A DNA stretch of 64,000 bases from Gammaproteobacteria bacterium. Its GTDB lineage: Bacteria > Pseudomonadota > Gammaproteobacteria > Pseudomonadales > Pseudohongiellaceae. Below are positions 1-11,326 of this stretch, in pieces. Each line of letters starts with the position of its first letter. The stretch's first letter is position 1. Both the position numbers and the translations under genes were made by a program. The stretch spans positions 63,947 to 127,946 of the forward strand of contig RFVC01000001.1 of assembly GCA_009922595.1 (NCBI GenBank), in the 5' to 3' direction. A model generated the notes under the pieces. It was not told the DNA's origin. It made no database searches and worked only from the letters and a program-made list of their open reading frames with translations.

Positions 1-506
1 TCAGCAATGCCCTGGCAGCTGCCGCCATGGCTATGTCGGCAGGCGCGGAACTTGAACATGTCAAAGCAGGGCTTGAAATGTACACGCCAGTGAAGGGCCG
101 CATGTGCATAGTAAAGGGCATTAGCGGCTCTACAGTGATTGATGATACCTATAACGCCAGCCCTTCATCTTTTAGTGCGGCGATAGATGTGCTTACCAAT
201 AGCGTGGGTAAGACCATAGTCGTTATGGGTGACATGGCCGAACTTGGTGCTGAAGAGGAATCAGGTCATCGCGAAATAGGGGCTTATGCCCGTGAACAGG
301 GCGTGCACGTTTTCATCGCCGTGGGGGAATTGAGTCGAATGGCCGTTGAGGCCTACGGCGAAAGCGGTGTTTTCCTTGAAAACCGTGACGGTTTCCTGGC
401 ATTGATTTCGCCCTTGCTGGACGAATCGACAACGGTATTGGTGAAGGGTTCGAGAAGTCAGTCCATGGAGGAGCTGGTAGCCCAGATCAGGGAGGAAATT
501 GAATGA
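1..506 (+). CDS. murF: UDP-MurNAc-tripeptide--D-Ala-D-Ala ligase MurF, C-terminal fragment (5' end outside the window; the frame enters at base 3)
   Basis: The frame is open from the window edge to TGA at 504-506. DDTYNASPSSF, VMGDMAELG and LVKGSRS match the Mur-ligase C-terminal domain. It lies directly upstream of mraY, as in dcw clusters. Confidence 0.85.
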   Translation, partial: SNALAAAAMAMSAGAELEHVKAGLEMYTPVKGRMCIVKGISGSTVIDDTYNASPSSFSAAIDVLTNSVGKTIVVMGDMAELGAEEESGHREIGAYAREQGVHVFIAVGELSRMAVEAYGESGVFLENRDGFLALISPLLDESTTVLVKGSRSQSMEELVAQIREEIE

Positions 507-552
507 AAACCAATTTCCAGACAACGGATAAAACAGGGGAGAGTCCATTCTA

Positions 553-1635
553 ATGCTGCTATTCCTGACCGAATATCTGTTCCAGTTCAATCCTGACTTC
601 CAGGTTTTCCAGTACCTGACAGTTCGGGGAATTCTTGCGATCCTAACATCGATGGCCCTGTCATTGCTTATTGGTCCTTACATGATCACGCGCCTGAACC
701 ATCACCAGATTGGACAGGTTGTTCGCGATGATGGTCCAGAAAGCCATTTCAGCAAGGCGGGTACGCCGACCATGGGTGGCGCCCTAATTCTGATCAGCAT
801 CCTTGCGAGCTGCCTGCTGTGGGGCGATCTCAGAAATCCCTACGTTTGGGTGGTGATCCTTGTCACTGCAGCCTCGGGTGCTGTGGGATGGGTGGACGAC
901 TACCGCAAGATCTTTGAGCAGAATCCTAAGGGTCTCTCACCGCGCTGGAAATATTTCTGGCAGTCACTGATTGGACTGGGCGCCTCAGTCTACCTTTACA
1001 GCATCGCCGCTGCGCCTGCAGACACGCAATTGTTTGTCCCGTTTTTCAAGGATTTTGCGCTAGCACTTGGGCCGTTCTATATCGTCATTGCCTATTTCAT
1101 GATCGTCGGCTTCAGCAATGCCGTGAACCTGACTGATGGGCTTGATGGGCTCGCTATTCTTCCCACGGTCATGGTGGCCGCGGCACTGGGCATTGTTGCC
1201 TACCTGACCGGTAACGTAGTTTTTTCTGACTATCTCAATATTCCCTATATAGATGGCGCAGGTGAGCTAGGCATTTTCTGCGGCGCGCTGGCGGGGGCAG
1301 GACTCGGCTTTCTCTGGTTCAATACATACCCGGCCCAAGTCTTCATGGGTGATGTCGGGGCGCTGGCCCTTGGCGCCTCGCTCGGCGTTGTCTCCGTGAT
1401 TGTTCGTCATGAAATAGTGCTAATCATCATGGGCGGTGTCTTTGTGATGGAAACGCTCTCTGTGATTTTGCAGGTGGCGTCTTTCAAGTTAACCGGAAAG
1501 CGCATTTTTCGCATGGCGCCTCTGCACCATCACTTTGAATTAAAAGGCTGGCCGGAGCCCAGAGTCATCGTCCGATTCTGGATTATCACGGTCATCCTGG
1601 TGTTGTTCGGGCTGGCAACACTGAAACTACGATAA
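553..1635 (+). CDS. mraY: phospho-N-acetylmuramoyl-pentapeptide transferase MraY
   Basis: 360 aa, polytopic, colinear with E. coli MraY. Shared motifs include [40 protein letters not shown] and [19 protein letters not shown]. Confidence 0.96.
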   Translation: MLLFLTEYLFQFNPDFQVFQYLTVRGILAILTSMALSLLIGPYMITRLNHHQIGQVVRDDGPESHFSKAGTPTMGGALILISILASCLLWGDLRNPYVWVVILVTAASGAVGWVDDYRKIFEQNPKGLSPRWKYFWQSLIGLGASVYLYSIAAAPADTQLFVPFFKDFALALGPFYIVIAYFMIVGFSNAVNLTDGLDGLAILPTVMVAAALGIVAYLTGNVVFSDYLNIPYIDGAGELGIFCGALAGAGLGFLWFNTYPAQVFMGDVGALALGASLGVVSVIVRHEIVLIIMGGVFVMETLSVILQVASFKLTGKRIFRMAPLHHHFELKGWPEPRVIVRFWIITVILVLFGLATLKLR

Positions 1636-1657
1636 CCGAGAGTGGCTGCAGCAATTG

Positions 1658-2983
1658 ATGCGCATGGCAAATGACAAAATGAAAGTAATTGTCGGTCTTG
1701 GAAAGACCGGGCTTTCCTGTGCGCGTTTCCTTGCCAGCCGCAATGAAAAATTCAGGGTAGTTGATACCCGACAGAATCCGCCTGGACTGCAACAGCTGAA
1801 GACTGAATGTCCTGAATTTGAAGCCGAACTCGGCCCATTCAATGAAGAGACATTTATGAATGCTGCCCAGTTGATTGTCAGTCCAGGCGTGGACCAACAA
1901 ATGCCGGTACTGCGAAAAGCCATCGATAGCGGTTTGCCGGTAACCGGTGATGTCGATATGTTTGCCAGGGAAGTGCAGGCACCGGTTATTGCCATCACCG
2001 GCTCGAATGCGAAAAGCACCGTGACCACGTTGGTAGGCGAGATGGCCAGGGCGGGCGGTTTGAATGTTTCCGTGGCCGGCAACATAGGGCTGCCAGTGCT
2101 TGACGCCCTGATGCAGCAGCCTGCCAGCCTCTATGTACTTGAGCTGTCAAGCTTTCAGTTGGAAACAACGTCAGACCTGGGTGCCGAAGTGGCAAGCGTG
2201 CTTAACATGAGCCTTGATCACATGGACAGGTATGACTCCATGCAGGCTTACCGTAATGCCAAGCACAGAATTTTTGAGGCTTGCCGGCAGGCGGTTATCA
2301 ATGATGACGACCCCATGAGCAGCGCTGAACTGCCTGAAGACGTGAAGCAGTGGCATTTCTCGTTTGAGCAGGAGTCTGCCGAGTTTAATGTCAGTAAAGG
2401 ATTCATTGCTTTTAATGATTCGCCGCTGATGCCTGTATCTGCACTCAGGATCCCGGGTTCACACAACGTGGCCAATGCACTTGCAGCGCTGGCACTCGGG
2501 CATGCAGCGGGTTTCTCGATGTCGGCAATGCTGAATACTCTGAGAACTTTTGAAGGCCTGCCACATCGCTGTCAGTGGGTTGCCGATAGGGAAGGTGTCA
2601 ACTGGTACAACGACTCCAAGGGCACCAATGTGGGAGCCTGTATTGCTGCCATCAACGGCCTCGCAGGAAAAGGCAGGATCATTCTTCTGGCTGGTGGCCA
2701 GGGCAAAGACGCTGACTTTTCTGCCCTGAATGACCCTCTTTCAGCGCACTCGAAGCTGGCCATTCTCTTTGGTGAAGATGCAGCATTAATAAAAGAAGCA
2801 ATAGAGCACTCAGTAGTAACGCTCATCGTGTCTTCCATGGAAGAGGCGGTGAGCCTGGCCGACGAAAAGGCAGATGCCGGCGATGTGGTTCTACTGTCAC
2901 CCGCATGTGCCAGTTTTGACATGTTCAGCAACTTTGAAGAGCGTGGCGATGTATTCACGCAATGCGTCAGGGAGTTGCACTGA
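1658..2983 (+). CDS. murD: UDP-MurNAc-L-alanine--D-glutamate ligase MurD
   Basis: GLGKTGLS Rossmann N-terminus, ITGSNAKSTVTTL P-loop and LELSSFQLE. The start is ambiguous: TTG 1655, ATG 1658 or ATG 1664. Confidence 0.93.
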   Translation: MRMANDKMKVIVGLGKTGLSCARFLASRNEKFRVVDTRQNPPGLQQLKTECPEFEAELGPFNEETFMNAAQLIVSPGVDQQMPVLRKAIDSGLPVTGDVDMFAREVQAPVIAITGSNAKSTVTTLVGEMARAGGLNVSVAGNIGLPVLDALMQQPASLYVLELSSFQLETTSDLGAEVASVLNMSLDHMDRYDSMQAYRNAKHRIFEACRQAVINDDDPMSSAELPEDVKQWHFSFEQESAEFNVSKGFIAFNDSPLMPVSALRIPGSHNVANALAALALGHAAGFSMSAMLNTLRTFEGLPHRCQWVADREGVNWYNDSKGTNVGACIAAINGLAGKGRIILLAGGQGKDADFSALNDPLSAHSKLAILFGEDAALIKEAIEHSVVTLIVSSMEEAVSLADEKADAGDVVLLSPACASFDMFSNFEERGDVFTQCVRELH

Positions 2984-4176
2984 TTATGCAGGCTGTCATG
3001 CAACGTCAACATGCGAATGAGCCCATGCTGGATCCATGGCTGGTTATTTTCACGCTGCTAATTCTCATGTTCGGGGTGGTCATGATGACCTCGGCATCGG
3101 TGGAAATCGGGGCAAGCCTTTATGACGACCCGTTTTATCACCTCAAGAAACAGGTCATTTTTATTTTCATGGGCATGATAGGAGCCGCAATACTCATCAA
3201 CATACCCGTGTGCTGGTGGGAGCGGGGCAGCAACCTGCTGTTTGCCCTCGCTATTTTAATGCTGACGCTGGTCCTGGTTCCTGGGGTGGGGCATACCGCA
3301 GGAGGCGGAACGCGTTGGATCAATCTCGGTTTTATGACTCTCCAGGTATCGGAGCCGGCCAAGATTTGCATCGTTTTCTTTATGGCGGGCTTGCTGAGCA
3401 GGCATCACGGTTATATTTGCGGCAGCCTCAAGGGTTTTGCTGTGCCCCTGGCGCTGATGATGCTGCCAGTAGCCCTGCTGTTGCTTGAGCCTGATTTTGG
3501 TGCCGTCGTGGTCATCATGTTTGCAGTTATGGCCATGCTGTTTCTAGCCGGTGCAAGGCTGTGGCATTTCCTGCTGGCCGCTTTCCTACTGGCAGGAGCC
3601 GGTGCGGCCCTGATATTCACCTCGGGCTATCGCATGCGTCGCGTCATGTCGTACCTGCAAGCCCTGAATGATCCTTTTCATGAAGATATCGTTTTTGATT
3701 CTGGTTACCAGCTGGCCCAGGCTCTGATCGGTTTTGGGCGTGGTGAGTGGTTTGGCATGGGGCTCGGCAACAGTATTCAGAAAATGTACTTCCTGCCCGA
3801 TGGGCATACTGACTTCATCATTGCCATTATCGCCGAGGAACTTGGTGTGATTGGCGTCCTTGCACTTCTCCTGCTGTTTGCGGCTTTTATCTACCGAATA
3901 CTGAAGCTGGCCAGGAAGAGCGAGAAAAATGGTAATTTTTTTTCTGCCTACGCGGCCTATGGCCTGGCTTTTATTTTTATCGGCCAGATCGTGATCAACG
4001 TCTCCGTCAATATTGGTTTACTGCCCAACAAGGGGCTGACACTGCCATTTGTCAGTTCCGGTGGGTCAAGTTTGCTTACGTGTATCGCCATGGTGGCGTT
4101 CCTAGTTCGTATCGACATGGAAAGCCGGAAGCCCATGGCAAGAAATTCAGCGGTTGTGGCCTTAGCAAAACAGTGA
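2962..4176 (+). CDS. ftsW: cell-division peptidoglycan glycosyltransferase FtsW (SEDS family)
   Basis: Polytopic SEDS protein with QPAEPAK-like VSEPAKI, HTDFIIAIIAEELG and GLTLPFVSSGGSSLL. An alternative start at ATG 2986 has GGAG 11 nt upstream and avoids overlap with murD. Confidence 0.9.
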   Translation: MRQGVALIMQAVMQRQHANEPMLDPWLVIFTLLILMFGVVMMTSASVEIGASLYDDPFYHLKKQVIFIFMGMIGAAILINIPVCWWERGSNLLFALAILMLTLVLVPGVGHTAGGGTRWINLGFMTLQVSEPAKICIVFFMAGLLSRHHGYICGSLKGFAVPLALMMLPVALLLLEPDFGAVVVIMFAVMAMLFLAGARLWHFLLAAFLLAGAGAALIFTSGYRMRRVMSYLQALNDPFHEDIVFDSGYQLAQALIGFGRGEWFGMGLGNSIQKMYFLPDGHTDFIIAIIAEELGVIGVLALLLLFAAFIYRILKLARKSEKNGNFFSAYAAYGLAFIFIGQIVINVSVNIGLLPNKGLTLPFVSSGGSSLLTCIAMVAFLVRIDMESRKPMARNSAVVALAKQ

Positions 4177-5315
4177 TGAGTGATAACGCCAACAAGAAGA
4201 TACTGATTATGGCCGGAGGTACGGGTGGACACGTGTTCCCTGCGCTCAGCATCGCTGAATACTTGCAGTCGCAGGGCGTACAGGTGGAATGGCTGGGCAC
4301 ACGCCAGGGCCTGGAGGCAACAGTAATTCCCAAGACCAGTATTCCGCTTCACTACATATCCGTTTCGGGTTTGAGAGGTAGCAGTCTCGGACGCAAACTG
4401 CTGGCGCCGATTGTGCTTTCTGCCGCCGTCGTGCAGTCACTAGTCAAGGTAATGCAAGTCAAGCCGAGCTGCGTTCTGGGCATGGGCGGATTTGTTTCCG
4501 GGCCAGGAGGGCTGGCCGCCTGGCTGTTGCGAAAGAAACTGCTTATTCATGAGCAAAACGCCATTGCCGGACTAACCAATCAGCTGCTCTTTCCACTGGC
4601 TTCAACTGTCATGGAAGCCTTTCCAGGCGCCTTTGCCCGCAAGAGAGAGCTTAGCGGCAACAGTTTTATGAAAGGACTCATCAAGGCTGACAATACCATC
4701 GTGGTAGGCAACCCTGTCAGGCAGGACATTGTTAACCTGTCTCAAGATGTGAATTCAAGAAATGCGCACCTGCGTATTCTTGTGATTGGCGGCAGTCTTG
4801 GGGCAGTAGCAATAAATCGGGCAGTGCCAGCGATGCTGGCCTTGATGAATATCGAAGAAAGACCGGAAATTAGGCACCAGTGCGGCAGCCGAAACCTAGA
4901 AGAAACCAGGGCTGCTTACGAGAAAAACGGGATGGGGCTGACAGAGACGATCTCGGTAAAGGCTTTTATCGATGATATGGCCAGCGCATACCGGTGGGCC
5001 GACCTTATCATTGCCCGTGCCGGGGCCATGACAGTGTCAGAAATTGCCGCCGCTGGCCTGGCATCTATTCTCATTCCTTACCCTTACGCGGTTGATGACC
5101 ATCAGACTATAAATGCAGATTACCTCCTGAGGGCAGGTGCGGCAGAAGTTATTCAGCAGGAAGACTTGACCCCGGATAGCCTGCTGGCGGCAGTCAAAAA
5201 ATTCATGCTGGATGCGAACTACTTGGAGCAGGCGTCTAAACAGTCACGCCAGGCCGGTAGTCCTGATGCCACCGAGACTGTCGCTAATATCTGCCTGGAG
5301 GTTTGTCATGCCTGA
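4176..5315 (+). CDS. murG: UDP-GlcNAc:lipid I GlcNAc transferase MurG
   Basis: [17 protein letters not shown]-terminus. ATG 4176 overlaps the ftsW stop (TGATG). The longer track ORF from 4080 runs through the ftsW 3' end and is rejected as the start. Confidence 0.93.
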   Translation: MSDNANKKILIMAGGTGGHVFPALSIAEYLQSQGVQVEWLGTRQGLEATVIPKTSIPLHYISVSGLRGSSLGRKLLAPIVLSAAVVQSLVKVMQVKPSCVLGMGGFVSGPGGLAAWLLRKKLLIHEQNAIAGLTNQLLFPLASTVMEAFPGAFARKRELSGNSFMKGLIKADNTIVVGNPVRQDIVNLSQDVNSRNAHLRILVIGGSLGAVAINRAVPAMLALMNIEERPEIRHQCGSRNLEETRAAYEKNGMGLTETISVKAFIDDMASAYRWADLIIARAGAMTVSEIAAAGLASILIPYPYAVDDHQTINADYLLRAGAAEVIQQEDLTPDSLLAAVKKFMLDANYLEQASKQSRQAGSPDATETVANICLEVCHA

Positions 5316-6750
5316 GACGAATCTCATCATGGGAGCAGGGAGCATGATTCCTGAAATGCGCCGTATCCGCCGTCTGCATTTTGTCGGCATCGGCGGTGCA
5401 GGCATGAGTGGTATTGCCGAAGTGTTGATGAACCAAGGTTACGAAATCACGGGCTCTGACCTTTCCGCGTCAGTGGTCACGGAAAGGCTGGAGAGCCTGG
5501 GTGCGAAAGTCACCATTGGTCATGCCGCCAATAACGTCGGGGGGGCAAATGTTGTCGTGGTTTCCTCTGCAATCGACAAAAAAAACCCCGAAATTGAAGC
5601 TGCCATCAGCCAGCGTATACCGATTATTCGACGTGCCGAAATGCTGGCAGAACTGATGCGCTATCGCCATGCGATTGTTATCGCCGGGACGCACGGTAAA
5701 ACCACCACCACGAGCCTAGTGGCAACACTGCTGGCTCAGGGCAACCTTGATCCCACTTATGTCATTGGTGGCATCCTCAACGGAGCCGGTACCAATGCCA
5801 GGCTGGGCGCCAGTCATATTATTGTTGCCGAGGCGGATGAAAGTGATGCGTCCTTCCTTCACCTGCAACCGCTGGTCGCCGTGGTGACCAATGTGGATGA
5901 AGACCACATGGTGACTTACAGCGGTGATTTCGAAAAACTCAAACATACATTTATAGAGTTCCTGCATAACCTGCCTTTCTATGGCCTGGCAGTCGTCTGT
6001 ATAGATGATCCGGTCATCCAGGAACTGCTGCCCAAGATTTCAAGGCCTGTTATTACCTACGGCCAGTCTCATTTTGCTGACTTTTGCATCAAGGATGTCG
6101 AGCAGAAGGGCAGGGTTACACGCTTTAAGCTGAAACTTCCTGACAGGAAAGAACTGCTCGACCTAACCCTGAACATGCCCGGTATTCACAACGTGCTGAA
6201 TGCCACGGCGGCCATTGCTGTCGCTACCGATGAAGGGATAAGTGAAGACGACATTGTAGAAGGTATCGCCGGTTTCAAAGGTGTCGGCAGACGGTTTGAT
6301 ATCAAGGAGCCCCTGGCAATCAAAAGCGGTAAGGTCATGCTGGTAGATGACTATGGCCATCATCCTACCGAAGTGGCGGCCAATATTCGCGCGATCAGGG
6401 AAGGCTGGCCGGAAAAGCGCCTGGTCATGATCTACCAGCCGCACCGCTACAGCCGCACACACGACCTTTATGACGCCTTCGTTGATGTTCTCTCGGAAGT
6501 CGATTTGCTGTTGCTGCTGGAGGTGTATTCAGCAGGTGAAGCGCCAATACAGGGTGCCGACAGCCGAAGCCTTTGCAGAAGCATCAGGCAGCGTGGACAA
6601 CTGGATCCGGTTTTTGTGAAGGACCAGTCGGAGATTAAGCGTGTACTGAGTGACCTGTTAATTGATGATGACATTCTTCTAACCCAGGGAGCAGGCAGTA
6701 TCGGATTGCTGGCCCGGGAGCTGGACAGGGATGGGCTGGGAGATGCATGA
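5308..6750 (+). CDS. murC: UDP-N-acetylmuramate--L-alanine ligase MurC
   Basis: [27 protein letters not shown] and [12 protein letters not shown] 5308 overlaps the murG stop. The upstream in-frame part (5212-5307) lies inside murG. Confidence 0.93.
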   Translation: MPETNLIMGAGSMIPEMRRIRRLHFVGIGGAGMSGIAEVLMNQGYEITGSDLSASVVTERLESLGAKVTIGHAANNVGGANVVVVSSAIDKKNPEIEAAISQRIPIIRRAEMLAELMRYRHAIVIAGTHGKTTTTSLVATLLAQGNLDPTYVIGGILNGAGTNARLGASHIIVAEADESDASFLHLQPLVAVVTNVDEDHMVTYSGDFEKLKHTFIEFLHNLPFYGLAVVCIDDPVIQELLPKISRPVITYGQSHFADFCIKDVEQKGRVTRFKLKLPDRKELLDLTLNMPGIHNVLNATAAIAVATDEGISEDDIVEGIAGFKGVGRRFDIKEPLAIKSGKVMLVDDYGHHPTEVAANIRAIREGWPEKRLVMIYQPHRYSRTHDLYDAFVDVLSEVDLLLLLEVYSAGEAPIQGADSRSLCRSIRQRGQLDPVFVKDQSEIKRVLSDLLIDDDILLTQGAGSIGLLARELDRDGLGDA

Positions 6751-7684
6751 ATATTTATCCAGTGACGAATGCGGGAAAGTGGCAGTGCTGATGGGTGGTA
6801 ATTCTGCGGAGCGCGAAATTTCGCTGCTTAGTGGTCAGGCAGTGCTGGCGTCACTCCTGCGCAGCGGTGTCGATGCGGAGCCCGTCGACCCTGCCGAGTC
6901 AGATGTTTTTACAGTCCTGGAAAAGCAGCAATTTGATAGGGCCATCATCATGCTTCACGGCAGAACCGGAGAGGATGGAAAAATACAGGGCGCCCTTGAG
7001 CTGATGGGACTCCCCTATTCAGGTAGTGGTGTTCTGGCCTCGGCGCTGGCAATGGACAAGGTTCGTACCAAGCGACTCTGGCAGAACCTGGGTCTGAGTA
7101 CACCGGCGTTCGTCCTGCTTGATGAAGGTACTAACTGGCAGCAGGTGATGAAGGCAATGGGGCCGGTGTTCGTCAAGCCGGTCAAGGAAGGCTCCAGTAT
7201 TGGCATCTCCAGGGCTAATGACAGTGAGGAACTAAAGGAAGCCTTTTTCCTCGCCGCTAAGTATGACGATGTTGTTATCGCTGAAGAGTTTATTGATGGC
7301 CCCGAGTACACGGTGGCGATTCTCGGCGATAACACTCTTCCGTCTGTCGGGATGAAGGCCGGACGAGAATTTTATGACTACGAAGCTAAGTATTTTGCTG
7401 ATGATACTCAGTACTCATGCCCCAGTGATCTTGACCAGCAAGCTGAAAAAGAAATTGCCTTACTGGCCCGCCAATCCTATGACGCGCTTGGCTGCAGCGG
7501 ATGGGGGCGCGTTGACATCATGCGTGATAAAAGCGGTGTTTTCTGGCTTCTGGAAGTGAATACGGTTCCGGGTATGACTGATCACAGCCTCGTCCCCATG
7601 GCGGCGAATGCGTTAGGAATCGAATTTGATGAACTTGTTTTGCAAATTTTGGCAAGCAGCCAGGCTGACCGAGAGAGGGATTAA
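6731..7684 (+). CDS. ddl: D-alanine--D-alanine ligase
   Basis: ATP-grasp protein colinear with E. coli DdlB ([53 protein letters not shown]). An alternative start is ATG 6743. Confidence 0.92.
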   Translation: MGWEMHEYLSSDECGKVAVLMGGNSAEREISLLSGQAVLASLLRSGVDAEPVDPAESDVFTVLEKQQFDRAIIMLHGRTGEDGKIQGALELMGLPYSGSGVLASALAMDKVRTKRLWQNLGLSTPAFVLLDEGTNWQQVMKAMGPVFVKPVKEGSSIGISRANDSEELKEAFFLAAKYDDVVIAEEFIDGPEYTVAILGDNTLPSVGMKAGREFYDYEAKYFADDTQYSCPSDLDQQAEKEIALLARQSYDALGCSGWGRVDIMRDKSGVFWLLEVNTVPGMTDHSLVPMAANALGIEFDELVLQILASSQADRERD

Positions 7685-7687
7685 CTT

Positions 7688-8497
7688 ATGCAGCTTCTGA
7701 CTCCCGGTAATAAAAGACGCTTCAGGACGGCAGGAGCTAGCGTCAGGAAGCAGGCGCAGCAAAGAAAGCTTAACAAGGCGGTCGTCCTGAAATGGATCAT
7801 GTTGTTGGTGCTTTTCAGCGGGCTTGGCCTCGGGCTGTTCTCAACACCCCGCGTTTTCGAGAAAGTCAGCAACCAGCTGGTTGAGCATGTTGTCATTCAG
7901 GGTGACATCAATTTTATTTCAGAGGAAGAAGTGCTCTCAGCTGTAAATGTATACATCATTGAAAGCATGGTGATGGTTGACTTGGTTGATATCAAAAAGA
8001 CTCTAGAGGACATGCCCTGGGTAAGTGAAGTCACCATCCGTAAGGAATGGCCAGACACGCTGGTGCTCAACATGGTCGAGGAAAAGGCAATTGCCCGCTG
8101 GGGCGAACGCCATCTGCTGAACCAGGACGGGGTGATTTTTGAACCCTCAAACATTATTGGTCTTGAACAGCTGGCCATCCTTTCAGGCCCGATTGGTACA
8201 GAAAGACAGGTTATGGAGCAGTACCTGCTGTTTAACCAGCTGCTCTTTCCCCTGGGGCTGAGAATAAGCGAATTAATGCTCGATAACCGTCATGCCTGGA
8301 CAGTGATGCTTGGTAACGGAGTAGAAATAAACGTGGGTAAGTCAAGAGTGATGGAGCGCATTAAGCGGCTGGTCGAATTCGTTGATCCGGTTTTTATAGA
8401 ACAGATGGCAAATGTTGATGCGATTGACCTGCGTTATGCAAACGGCATTGCTGTCAGAAACAAATTACATAACGCTGAAGAGGTTGTGTCACTATGA
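7688..8497 (+). CDS. ftsQ: cell division protein FtsQ
   Basis: 269 aa with a basic N-terminus, one TM helix, then a POTRA-like VVIQGDINFISEEEV segment. Placed between ddl and ftsA. Confidence 0.85.
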   Translation: MQLLTPGNKRRFRTAGASVRKQAQQRKLNKAVVLKWIMLLVLFSGLGLGLFSTPRVFEKVSNQLVEHVVIQGDINFISEEEVLSAVNVYIIESMVMVDLVDIKKTLEDMPWVSEVTIRKEWPDTLVLNMVEEKAIARWGERHLLNQDGVIFEPSNIIGLEQLAILSGPIGTERQVMEQYLLFNQLLFPLGLRISELMLDNRHAWTVMLGNGVEINVGKSRVMERIKRLVEFVDPVFIEQMANVDAIDLRYANGIAVRNKLHNAEEVVSL

Positions 8498-9768
8498 CTA
8501 AATTTCAACAGATGAACAAAAAGGAGTTGCTTGCCATGAGTAACTTGAGTGGTGGAAACATGATTGTGGGGCTCGATATTGGTACCTCTAAGGTCGTTGC
8601 CATCGTTGGTGAGATAAACCCGGAGGGTGGGCTCAATATCGTTGGTATTGGCAGGCACAAATCACGCGGACTTAAGAAAGGAACCGTCGTCAATATTGAG
8701 TCGACCGTGCAGTCTATTCAGCGCGCCGTCGAGGAGGCTGAATTGATGGCCGGCTGCCAGATTCATTCAGTCTACGCCGGGATTGCCGGTTCCCATGTGC
8801 GCAGTATGAATTCCCACGGCATTGTCGCCATCCGCGACAAGGAAGTGTACCCGACTGATATTGAGCGGGTTATTGATGCTGCCCAGGCCGTGGCTATACC
8901 TGCCGATCAGAAAGTCCTGCACATCCTGCCGCAGGAATACATCATTGATTCACAGGAAGGGGTCAAGGAGCCGTTGGGCATGTCAGGCGTCAGGCTGGAA
9001 GCGAAAGTTCACCTGGTCACTTGTGCCACCAATGCCGCCCAGAATATTGAGAAATGTATCAAGCGTTGTGGATTGGAAACTGACGAGATCATTCTTGAGC
9101 AGCTGGCTTCCAGCTATTCAGTGCTCACCGAGGATGAAAAGGAACTGGGTGTATGCCTAGTGGATATCGGCGGTGGCACCACTGATATCGCTATATTTAC
9201 AGAGGGAGCTATTCGGCATACGGGCGTCATTCCCATCGCCGGTGACCAGGTAACTAATGACATTGCCATGGCACTGCGAACACCCACGGAGCACGCCGAA
9301 GAGCTCAAGATTAAGTACGCGTGTGCCTTGTCCCAGTTGGCCAGCCCGGATGACATGATTAAGGTACCAAGCGTGGGCGAACGTCCGCCTAGGGAGTTGT
9401 CGCGTCAGGCACTGGCTGATGTGGTTGAGCCGCGTTACGACGAGCTCTTCCATCTTATTAAGGCAGAAATCAGGCAAAGCGGATATGAGGACCTTCTGGC
9501 TGCAGGAATGGTCTTCACTGGTGGTACGAGCAAGATGGAAGGCGTGACGGAACTGGCCGAGGAAATATTCCACATGCCGGTGCGTATCGGTATGCCGGTT
9601 GAAGTTAGCGGTCTCGTAGACATCGTCCGCAATCCGACTTACTCAACAGCAGTGGGATTACTGCTCTACGGAGTTCAGCATGCACATGAAGGCGAAGGAA
9701 GTGTATCCAGGGGGATGGGAATAACCCTGATGGACAGAGTGAAAAGTATTTTTAAGGGTGAAGACTGA
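8494..9768 (+). CDS. ftsA: cell division protein FtsA
   Basis: Actin-fold motifs VGLDIGTSKV and DIGGGTTDIA. ATG 8494 overlaps the ftsQ stop (ATGA). A shorter start at 8536 is possible. Confidence 0.93.
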   Translation: MTKFQQMNKKELLAMSNLSGGNMIVGLDIGTSKVVAIVGEINPEGGLNIVGIGRHKSRGLKKGTVVNIESTVQSIQRAVEEAELMAGCQIHSVYAGIAGSHVRSMNSHGIVAIRDKEVYPTDIERVIDAAQAVAIPADQKVLHILPQEYIIDSQEGVKEPLGMSGVRLEAKVHLVTCATNAAQNIEKCIKRCGLETDEIILEQLASSYSVLTEDEKELGVCLVDIGGGTTDIAIFTEGAIRHTGVIPIAGDQVTNDIAMALRTPTEHAEELKIKYACALSQLASPDDMIKVPSVGERPPRELSRQALADVVEPRYDELFHLIKAEIRQSGYEDLLAAGMVFTGGTSKMEGVTELAEEIFHMPVRIGMPVEVSGLVDIVRNPTYSTAVGLLLYGVQHAHEGEGSVSRGMGITLMDRVKSIFKGED

Positions 9769-9860
9769 GCAATCAGTGTTTTAGTTTTTAGAGAGTGATT
9801 TCGAAATCGTATGTTTTGAAAGCATTCTAAATCAAGGTGGACAATCCCAAGGGGGTTAAG

Positions 9861-11051
9861 ATGTTTGAAATAATCGATAACGTTGCACAAAGTGCAGTAA
9901 TCAAGGTGGTAGGTATCGGTGGTGGCGGTGGAAACGCCGTTCAGCACATGATCAAGAACACCATTGAGGGTGTTGAGTTTATCTGTGCCAATACTGATGC
10001 TCAGGCGTTGGATAAGATGGATACTAAGTTAAACCTGCAGCTTGGCGGTGATGTCACAAAGGGGCTGGGAGCCGGGGCAAACCCGGATGTCGGCCGCCAA
10101 GCAGCACTAGAAGACCGTGACAGGATCCGTGAAATTATCATAGGAGCCGACATGGTGTTCATCACGGCAGGTATGGGTGGCGGAACCGGTACTGGTGCCG
10201 CGCCGGTAGTCGCTGAAATTGCCCGTGAGCTTGGGATACTGACCGTCGCGGTGATTACTAAACCGTTCTCTTTTGAGGGTCGCAAGCGCATGAATATTGC
10301 GGAGCAGGGCATCAGGGAACTTGCCGAACATGTCGACTCTCTAATTACCATACCCAACGAAAAACTCATGGATGTGCTGGGTAAGGGCTCAACACTGCTT
10401 GACGCCTTTGGCACGGCCAACGACGTGCTTCTTGGCGCGGTCAAAGGTATTGCTGATCTCATTATGCGTCCGGGCATGATCAACGTGGACTTTGCCGATG
10501 TCAGCACGGTAATGTCTGAAATGGGCATGGCCATGATGGGCACGGGTTTTGCGCGAGGTGAGAACCGGGCAGTAGAAGCTGCAGAAGCGGCCATTCGCAG
10601 CCCGCTCCTCGAAGATGTGAACCTCCAGGGCGCCCGAGGCATTCTGATCAACGTTACTGCAGGTGAAGACCTGACACTCGGTGAGTTTTCAGAAGTTGGT
10701 GACACGATTTCGGAATTTGCTTCGGAACAGGCCATTGTGGTTGTGGGTACCGTTATTGATCCATCCATGAAGGACGATATCAGCGTAACAGTAGTAGCTA
10801 CAGGCCTTGGCGGCATGCAGATCGATAAGCCGACCAAGGTTGTTGATAATACTGCCAAGGCACCAAAAACCCCTGCTGATTTCAATAATCTCGACAAGCC
10901 GGCTGTACTGCGCAAGAAAGAAGCTGCAAGGATCAGAGCCGAGGATGAAGAGCCCAAAATTGAGGCTCAGCCTATGAAAAAGGCGGTTGGTGCTGATTCC
11001 GACATGGAATACCTGGATATTCCAGCTTTTCTGCGAAAACAGGCAGACTAG
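9861..11051 (+). CDS. ftsZ: cell division GTPase FtsZ
   Basis: GIGGGGGNAV, the GGGTGTGAAPV tubulin signature and the C-terminal DIPAFLRKQAD peptide. ATG 9861 is preceded by AAGGGGG. The track ORF starts at an upstream GTG (9837). Confidence 0.96.
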   Translation: MFEIIDNVAQSAVIKVVGIGGGGGNAVQHMIKNTIEGVEFICANTDAQALDKMDTKLNLQLGGDVTKGLGAGANPDVGRQAALEDRDRIREIIIGADMVFITAGMGGGTGTGAAPVVAEIARELGILTVAVITKPFSFEGRKRMNIAEQGIRELAEHVDSLITIPNEKLMDVLGKGSTLLDAFGTANDVLLGAVKGIADLIMRPGMINVDFADVSTVMSEMGMAMMGTGFARGENRAVEAAEAAIRSPLLEDVNLQGARGILINVTAGEDLTLGEFSEVGDTISEFASEQAIVVVGTVIDPSMKDDISVTVVATGLGGMQIDKPTKVVDNTAKAPKTPADFNNLDKPAVLRKKEAARIRAEDEEPKIEAQPMKKAVGADSDMEYLDIPAFLRKQAD

Positions 11052-11326
11052 GATGGCCTCCAGGGGCTTTCTGGGGTTCTGGAACGGCTGTGCAGAAATG
11101 TTTTGGCTATTGGTGAAAATCGAGGTTTTTGCTAAGATTCGCTTTTTCCGCAAGACTTGTAAATTTCCTTCAGCCAGGCTACGACTGCTGAAAGTAATTG
11201 CTCAAAAAAATAATAGTCGCAAAAGTGACTTTGGGGATTTGATCGTAATCAAGGGAGAACTGAAATCCTGTTTTTCAGGCCCCTAATCCCAGGGTTGCTA
11301 ACAATAAACAGACAAGAGAATGAGCA

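Noticed and set aside
4080-4175. N-terminal extensions of track ORFs (murG from 4080, murC from 5212, mutT from 17147, fxsA from 34072, esterase to 39177, ybbP to 58793, fumarase from 60141, protease to 22649)
   Set aside because: The extensions lie inside neighbouring genes or lack the expected signal peptide. Internal ATGs with an SD or stop/start coupling match the homologue N-termini.
10001-10957. 318-codon minus-strand ORF antisense to ftsZ
   Set aside because: It lies entirely inside an unmistakable ftsZ. The product is low-complexity and Ser/Ala/Pro/Arg-rich, which is a typical shadow frame of a codon-biased gene.
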